Shown here piece by piece: positions 57,236 to 64,000 of a DNA stretch of 64,000 bases. The notes beneath the pieces were generated by a model that saw nothing but the letters and a program-made list of their open reading frames with translations, did not search any database and was not told the DNA's origin. Numbering within the stretch: the stretch's first letter is position 1; each line of letters starts with the position of its first letter. Source of the DNA: Octopus vulgaris (taxonomy: Eukaryota); contig OX597831.1 in assembly GCA_951406725.2 (NCBI GenBank), positions 21,948,001 through 22,012,000 on the forward strand, in the 5' to 3' direction. The position numbers and the translations under genes are program-made.

Positions 57236-58578
57236 TCATCTATGCATATATATTTAGGTGCATCTCTTTCTCTATATATACATATGTGTGTATGAAAGTA
57301 TATAATTGTGATGAAAATATCGTATGTATGTAAAACTTCGTTATCGTTAGTAGAATATGATAAATATCTCTCAAGAAATAAGATTTTTAAATATACATTT
57401 TCATAAGCATGAATTAATAATAATTTTTGAAAGTGTAAAAAGAAATGAAATTCATTTTAAAAATAAATTGAAAACGAAGTCAATTTAGGAGCTGAGTGTA
57501 AAGTAAAATATATCTCAAGATACTGTGTGTATGTGAGTGTGTTTGTCAGTTTGCATGAGTGCGTGTACATTCACATACGTAGATATACATAAGAATACAT
57601 GCATATATACATTAACACACACACACACATACAGACATACATATATATTTATTTATACACACATATATATACATATATGAATATATATATATGTACCTAT
57701 ACATATATGTGTATATATATATATATATATATTATGCGTGTGGGTTTGTACATATATATACACACACACACACATATATATATATGTATATACATAATTA
57801 AGGTTCAGTTAAATTAGGTACATAAGTTGAAGCACCATGTCAGTACGGTATAATCCGCACAATTCGAAGTAAGGTGAATAAAATAAAATAACAGGGTGTC
57901 AAGTATTCATACAATACAACCGTTTCAATCGTCTCCATTTAATTGAACAATGCATGCATTACATTAATTTATATACAGTGCCTTCTTCAGATGATTAAAT
58001 AAATTTGTGTATGTGTATATGCATCTGTGTATACGTGCATGTGTGTATGTATACATTGAATGTTTTTACTGTGTATATATAAGTATATATAAATAAATAT
58101 ATAAGTAAATATAACTATATAAGTATATATGTTTCTAGTGTGTATACATAAGTAGATATAAATATGAATGTTTTTAGTGTGTATATATAAGTATATTTAA
58201 ATATTTATATGAAATTATATAAATATAATAATAAATATATAAGTATATATAAATAGCGTCTTTGTAAAGTTTTAGAAATTATAAATATTTTCATTTGATA
58301 TTTTTCGTCAAATATTTAAGAAGATATGTCAATCTGATGAAGCATCATTACATATTTAAACGGACTTGATTACTCCTCAGAAACTTCGTTTTATTACTGA
58401 AGCGAAGATAGCTGTAATTTATGAGATGCATCATTCGTTTGTATAAAATATTTAAATTGAATTGAAGTTATAATTGTTCAATTTATTGTTTTGTTATTTA
58501 TTTCTGATTTATATTTATATATTAATAAACTGTTTTATATTTTATACCTAGCTAAACTGTTATTATATATATGTATAT

Positions 58579-58631
<53 letters not shown>

Positions 58632-58632
<1 letters not shown>

Positions 58633-58930
58633 CTCTTATTATAAAAGGCAGATTTTATCTGCCTCCCTTTGGGAGTTATACAAATCTACAATATAGGATT
58701 TCTTCAATTACAATTTACCTTGCATTTTTAAGAGTACAATGCATCGCGTCATGCCAGGTCCAGTTTTTAAAATTTAAACTCCAGTTAAGCAAAATTTACA
58801 GAAAACTCACATTCTGGTGTGTGTGTCAAATGCTTTTCTTAGTCTGGTTTACACCACACGCAAACGCACACACACAGTGGGCAACGAATAAAATGAAACT
58901 AATTCACTTACTGTAGTGAGTGATTCTTTC
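58632..58930 (+). mobile_element. Probable Helitron 5' fragment
   Basis: Starts TCTCTTATTATAAAAGGCAG, like the other Helitron 5' ends; no 3' CTAG terminus found. Confidence 0.45.
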
Positions 58931-59142
58931 ACTCTGCCTCCCACTTCTTCTTTCCACACAGACACGCAAATATATAAATAAAATTGTAAGCTAACGTGCG
59001 TGTGTGTGAGTGGGTGTGTGTGGGTGTGCGCGCGTGTGTGTGTGTGAGGGTGCGTGTGTGTGTGTGTGTGTGCGTGTGCGTGAGTGTGTGACAGGAAAGT
59101 TTTTTTATGACGAATATAACACCTATATCCAAGTAGCAGAAA

Positions 59143-59730
59143 GATAAGACAGTAAGGTGTGATTTGAGGGAGATTTAGCTGCTATTTCTACCATGTCTAG
59201 CTGCCATGTAGGGGTCTCCCTCATAGGCTCATACATACATATATACATAGATAAGACAGTAAGGTGTGATTTGGGGGAAATTTGGCTGCTATTTCTACCA
59301 GGTCTAGTTGCCATGTAGGGGTCTCCCTCATAGGCTCATACATACATATATACATAGATAAGACAGTAAGGTGTGATTTGGGGGAAATTTGGCTGCTATT
59401 TCTACCAGGTCTAGCTGCCATGTAGGGGTCTCCCTCATAGGCTCATACATACATATATACATAGATAAGACAGTAAGGTGTGATTTGGGGGAAATTTGGC
59501 TGCTATTTCTACCAGGTCTAGCTGCCATGTAGGGGTCTCCCTCATAGGCTCATACATACATATATACATAGATAAGACAGTAAGGTGTGATTTGGGGGAA
59601 ATTTGGCTGCTATTTCTACCAGGTCTAGCTGCCATGTAGAGGTCCCCCTCATTGGCTCATATATATATACATACATAAGACAGTAAGGTGTGATTTGAGG
59701 GAGATTTGGCTGCTGTTTCTACCAGGTCTG
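59143..59730. repeat. 107-bp tandem repeat, ~5.5 copies
   Basis: Unit ATAAGACAGTAAGGTGTGATTTGGGGGAAATTTGGCTGCTATTTCTACCAGG...; inner copies nearly identical. Confidence 0.97.
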
Positions 59731-59799
59731 TTAGGCCTTCTCATGTAAACTCAAGCTTTCTCATGCCTTCAACATATGACCAAAGCAGAGAATGTATTC

Positions 59800-60010
59800 T
59801 TTTATTCTTCTGCTTTTTCCAGCCATTGGTCTGTGGCCATGCTGGGGCAATGCCTTGACGAATTGTAGTTTAATGAATCAACTCCAGTTTTATTTTTGTA
59901 AGCATTGTACTTATTCTATCTGTTTCCTTTGTCAAACCACTAGGTGACAGGGATGTAAACAAACCAGCATTCGTTGTCAAGCAGTGGTGGAGGACAATCA
60001 CAAGCACAGA
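59800..60010 (-). mobile_element. Diverged SINE family A 3' half
   Basis: Matches TGTGGCCATGCTGGGGCA...GTAAACAAACCAGCAT. Confidence 0.7.
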
Positions 60011-60090
60011 CACGCACACACACACACATACATGCATACACATATACACACATACATACATACATATATATATATGTGTGTATATATATA

Positions 60091-60415
60091 TTGCAGCGTG
60101 GAAGGTGTTTGTAAGCCATTTAAGAAACACACAAAAACCGTTACATTCACTTCAACATTTAAATTTAATTTGCCAAAATATTTTCGTCGCTTTCAGACCG
60201 CGACCTGTTCACTGACAAAAATATCGTGCTAACAGGTCGCGGTCTCAAAGCGACGAAAATATTTTCACAAATTAAATTTAAATGTTGAAGTGAATCTAAC
60301 GGTTTTTGTGTGTTTCTTAAATGGCTTATAAACACCTTCAACGCTGCAACTGTTTTCGTTCCAGCACACGATCTCAGATCAAGTCACTTGCTATGCAAGT
60401 ACATCTCTGTAACTA
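60091..60415. mobile_element. TA-bounded fold-back PLE-derived module (arms 60091-60209 / 60231-60349)
   Basis: ~119-bp near-perfect inverted arms with a 21-nt spacer; contains a hammerhead motif. Confidence 0.85.
60169..60219 (-). ncRNA. Minimal type I hammerhead motif (G3-C8 variant)
   Basis: TTTGTCA-GTGAACA-g-GTCGC(GGTCTGAAA)GCGAC-GAAA-ATAT-TT-TGGCAAA; 7-bp stem I, 5-bp stem II, AATATT palindrome. Confidence 0.7.
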
Positions 60416-60515
60416 TATATATATTTACATATATATATATATATATGTATATTGGTAAAAACAGTAAGATAACAAAAGAAAGAAAGAGACCTCAATATTA
60501 TGTAAATAGAGGAAA

Positions 60516-60902
60516 TCTTTATATATAAAAGTGAGGTTGTGTGTCTGTCTCCTACGATTTAGATTCCTAACTACTCCCACATTTTGCGGTGCAGTTTTAC
60601 CAAAACCGGGTATCTTATAGTCGTGATTCATATCGAGACCGTCTGGGTATTAGCGCGTCTACGATGAGTCTACGATTTAAAAAAATTTACCATCAATTTT
60701 TCCCATTTTTAATCCATTTTTGACATATATAAGGAAGTAACTCTCTAAAATTTATTATTAAATCTCAGAACGTAAAAAGCTACAGTAACACCCTCCCCTT
60801 TGTGGTTAGCCATATTGAGATGGCTATTATACTTTACATCTCTAAAAATGCTTATATAATTATTTCCCTTACAAACCCGAGCAACGCCGGGCGATACTGC
60901 TA

Positions 60903-60903
<1 letters not shown>
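60516..60903 (+). mobile_element. Non-autonomous Helitron
   Basis: 5' TCTTTATATATAAAAG; the 3' ~65 bp are nearly identical to those of 15892-16263 (hairpin plus CTAG); A/T insertion site. Confidence 0.85.
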
Positions 60904-60956
<53 letters not shown>

Positions 60957-61448
60957 GTGTGTGTATGTATATATGTATATATGTACATATACCGTATATA
61001 CTCGTGTAAAATTCGAATATTTTAGACCATTTTTTAGGTCAAATTTATGGTGTCGACTATTACATGGATTCTACTTTTGAGGGGCTGAAATTCAAGTTAG
61101 AATCCGAAGTACTGTATCAACAGCAGAATCCCAGCTGATCTCTAAGCGAATAAAACCAAAACCACAATGAATAACAGTAATATCATCAATTCCGTGCATC
61201 AAATCACACGTCCATAAACAAGGCTGCGTAGCTCTTATAAATATCTACACTCTCTCTTTTAAATAAATGTTACAGGATGTCATATGCACTTGGTAGTAAA
61301 TATTCATAATATGGTGTAAAGTTGTTAATCTGGAGCACGGATTCCAAAAGTTTGTTCTGCAAATCCCCAGAGTTCCTTGAAAGTTATCAGGGGTTCCAAG
61401 GTTTTCAAAATAATGTCGAAGTATTCCGTGGCAAAATAAAAATTTTGG

Positions 61449-61790
61449 GAACCACTGATTTAGCGATTAACTAAGTGTATGTAGGCTTACCGAAGTCATG
61501 TCTCTATATGAACTCATACAGTAGAGTTTGCTGTTGTTTGTCAATTTGCTGTCTGTGAAATACGTTTCACGCCATGTAAAAAGACGAGCGTATGGCATAC
61601 GTGTTTCTTATATTTGGACATGAGGAAAGGTCGCATGGAAACCACTGATCTATATATTAATTGAATGTTTTTAGGCTTACCAAAGCCATGCTTTTGTACG
61701 AATTCAGACAGTGACGTTTGTCAGTGTTCGCCAATAGCGATGTCTGTGAAACACGTTACTCACCATGTAAACAATGAGTCTATGACTTGC
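61449..61790. repeat. Diverged ~190-bp tandem duplication starting at hAT-like termini (AACCACTG)
   Basis: AACCACTGAT...TAGGCTTACC...TGTCTGTGAAA...CCATGTAAA occurs twice. Confidence 0.65.
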
Positions 61791-62296
61791 GCATACACTT
61801 TTGTAATGGTGATGAAGCACCCATCAACAAATGTGTAGTTTTCGCTATTAAATCGTGTTTTACTATATGCACCGAGCATTATAAGCACCAAGAATTCCAC
61901 CTATAGAGCAAGCTAGAGTAAGGTAGCAACACAGTTTATATATATATATATATATAAAAATGTATGTATATATATATCCCTAATTGCGTAATATTTTTAT
62001 TTGTGCTGTTAAATGTTTTAATTATTTCTGTTTTCCACGCATACAGTTTTCTCTGTTATCTTGGTGCGGTAGGGTGGATTAAGTTAAGACTTTAGCTCTT
62101 ATTTCTAGCAGGTAGATGCTTGTTAAGCATCATTGCGCTTCGTGCAAATTTATAATTCATAGCTATTTAATACTATTGCGCCTGCGATCCACCTATGCCA
62201 CTGCTGGTGATATCATCAGTTTTAAAATTTATCCACAGATGATATGAACAGTAGTGACATCTGATTACTAGTCTCAGTGTTTGAATGTTTTGCTTA

Positions 62297-62334
<38 letters not shown>

Positions 62335-62335
62335 A

Positions 62336-63470
62336 TTACGGATTACGATAGAAAGTAACTTTAACAACGTAGATTTTTAGATATTAACTTAGATTTGCAA
62401 TTAGATAAATTTAAACCCTACTGTAAGCCCAATGAAAAGCTATGTTATATTAACAAAGAATCAAATCATCCACTCGTAATTCTTTAGAATCTAGTTAGTA
62501 ATATAGTAAGGCACATATCATCCATATCTTCAGATGAGACAGCATTTCAAAATGCTGCACTGCATTGTAATAATACATTAAGGAACAGTGGATTATTGGA
62601 GAAGATCCAGTATAATCAAACTAATTCTAGCAATAATAGACCACGTAGACCAAGAACTAAGAAAGTTTGTGGTTTAATATGGCATTTAATATTGCTGTGA
62701 CAACAAATATTGAGAAGGAATTCTTAAAATTCTTAAACATTTTCAAACTAGCCATAAGTTATACTAAAGATTGTTTGCCAATTTATCATGGTAGTCCTGG
62801 TTTAGGACGAATGTTGCCATGTTATACTGGCAAACACTCTTTACTACAAGGTACTGTTGCTGAATATCTTATGTTGTGGGATTTAAAAATAGTAATTTTC
62901 TAGCCATAAGTTCTATAGAATTTTAAATAGAGAACACTGAAGGTTAGTTATTCTTGTTGCAAAAACTTTTATTAATCAGCATAACACAAACATTATTACA
63001 AATATCCATAGTGCTGAATTTAACCAGAAGAACTGCAACTTCAAAGATAAGAGTTGCTGTCCGTTGGAAGGAAAATGTCTTGAAAAAAGAATATTTTATA
63101 GAGCTAAAGTGCAAATAGACGACTCACAAGAATATAGAACATACATAGGGGCTTCGGAAAATTAATTCAATACAAGGCTTTATTCCTACCGAAACTCTTT
63201 CTGATACCCCGAGAATAGGACAGCAACAAGTCTTGCAAAATATGTCTGGCAATTGAAGGAGAATGACACCTATCTTTTCAACATCAGCTGGACGACTTTG
63301 GAAAAAACACCACCATATGAAAATGGAGCTTATAGAAAACCTATGAAATGTAATCTTTGCCTCTCTGAAAAGTTCTTCATCCTGCTTCAGGATAAACTTG
63401 CATTGAACCAGAGACGTTATCTCTTAAATTCCTGCACTCATGCTGCGACGTTTAAAGACTACCTCTCTCT
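62336..63470 (+). mobile_element. Penelope-like element 3' portion (thumb and GIY-YIG), decayed; second PLE lineage
   Basis: VDFLDINLDL, PYCKPN, SNHP, WFN, VSYSC, CCPLEGKCL, YRAKV...YIG, CNLCLSEKFFIL. Confidence 0.9.
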
Positions 63471-64000
63471 TCATAAATGTGCTAGAAATTTCACACTGAT
63501 ATGGCTTTGTTGTCTCATTATATTCAACACACACACACACACGCAAATATCTATATTAATCAATAACCATTGTCATATCTTCCGTCTTCTGTTTCTCTCA
63601 TTAATTAAATACCCAACGAACAGCGTGACAGTGAACGTGCTTTACCGGTACGCTACAAGGTGTTTACCATACGATTTCTTATCTAATTATATATATATAA
63701 TAAAAGGTCAATAAAAGTAATTCCAAATTAAAAGATTGAAAAGTTATAACTACAAGAACAAATATGAAAGGAACCGCATCAACAAAACAACCCCCAAAAT
63801 ATCCCACACACAGACAAGAAAAAATTCTAAATGTTTCAATCCAACAATATGTTTGAATCATCAATAATTATACCTTTTATAGATGTAATAAACGATATAT
63901 TGTTGTTTAAGGAAAATAAGTATATTTTAGGTCTTGAGTTACGAAATGACTTATTTCAGAACTATGTTTAGAAATTTTCAAATGTAAATAAACAACTTTT

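Noticed and set aside
58330-58440. CTGATGA-containing hammerhead candidate
   Set aside because: No GAAA adjacent to a closing stem II, and no stem I.
59143-59730. CRISPR-like array, or repeated 66-aa ORFs
   Set aside because: Units are repeated in full with no unique spacers, no cas genes, and the context is eukaryotic.
63623-63655. Hammerhead at the 3' end of the 62336 PLE (AGCG...TACCGGTA-CGCT)
   Set aside because: Stem I and the palindrome are present at the expected place, but GAA is replaced by TTT and the 5' core is incomplete.

Overview
AT-rich, eukaryotic, almost entirely repeat-derived 64 kb. The SINE families and microsatellite density suggest a cephalopod (Octopus-like) intergenic or intronic region; this is inference. 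I found no intact host gene, rRNA, true tRNA or CRISPR array, and nearly all ORF-track entries are translations of microsatellites. Recognisable content: decayed Penelope-like elements (PLEs; RT + GIY-YIG), two R4/Dong-type LINE remnants, a LINE ORF1 remnant, an RTE remnant and a Mag-type gypsy gag remnant. DNA transposon relics include mariner, hAT (Buster-like) and piggyBac, plus MITEs and non-autonomous Helitrons. There are also three tRNA-derived SINE families and 36-bp and 107-bp tandem repeats. The main hidden signal is a dispersed set of about 11 minimal type I hammerhead-ribozyme motifs (about 7 with apparently intact cores). They have palindromic stem III and lie in short, mostly (TA)n-bounded, often fold-back PLE-derived modules. 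Together they show all four Watson-Crick versions of the core 3-8 pair (C-G, U-A, A-U, G-C). All structures were folded by eye and need computational and biochemical confirmation.
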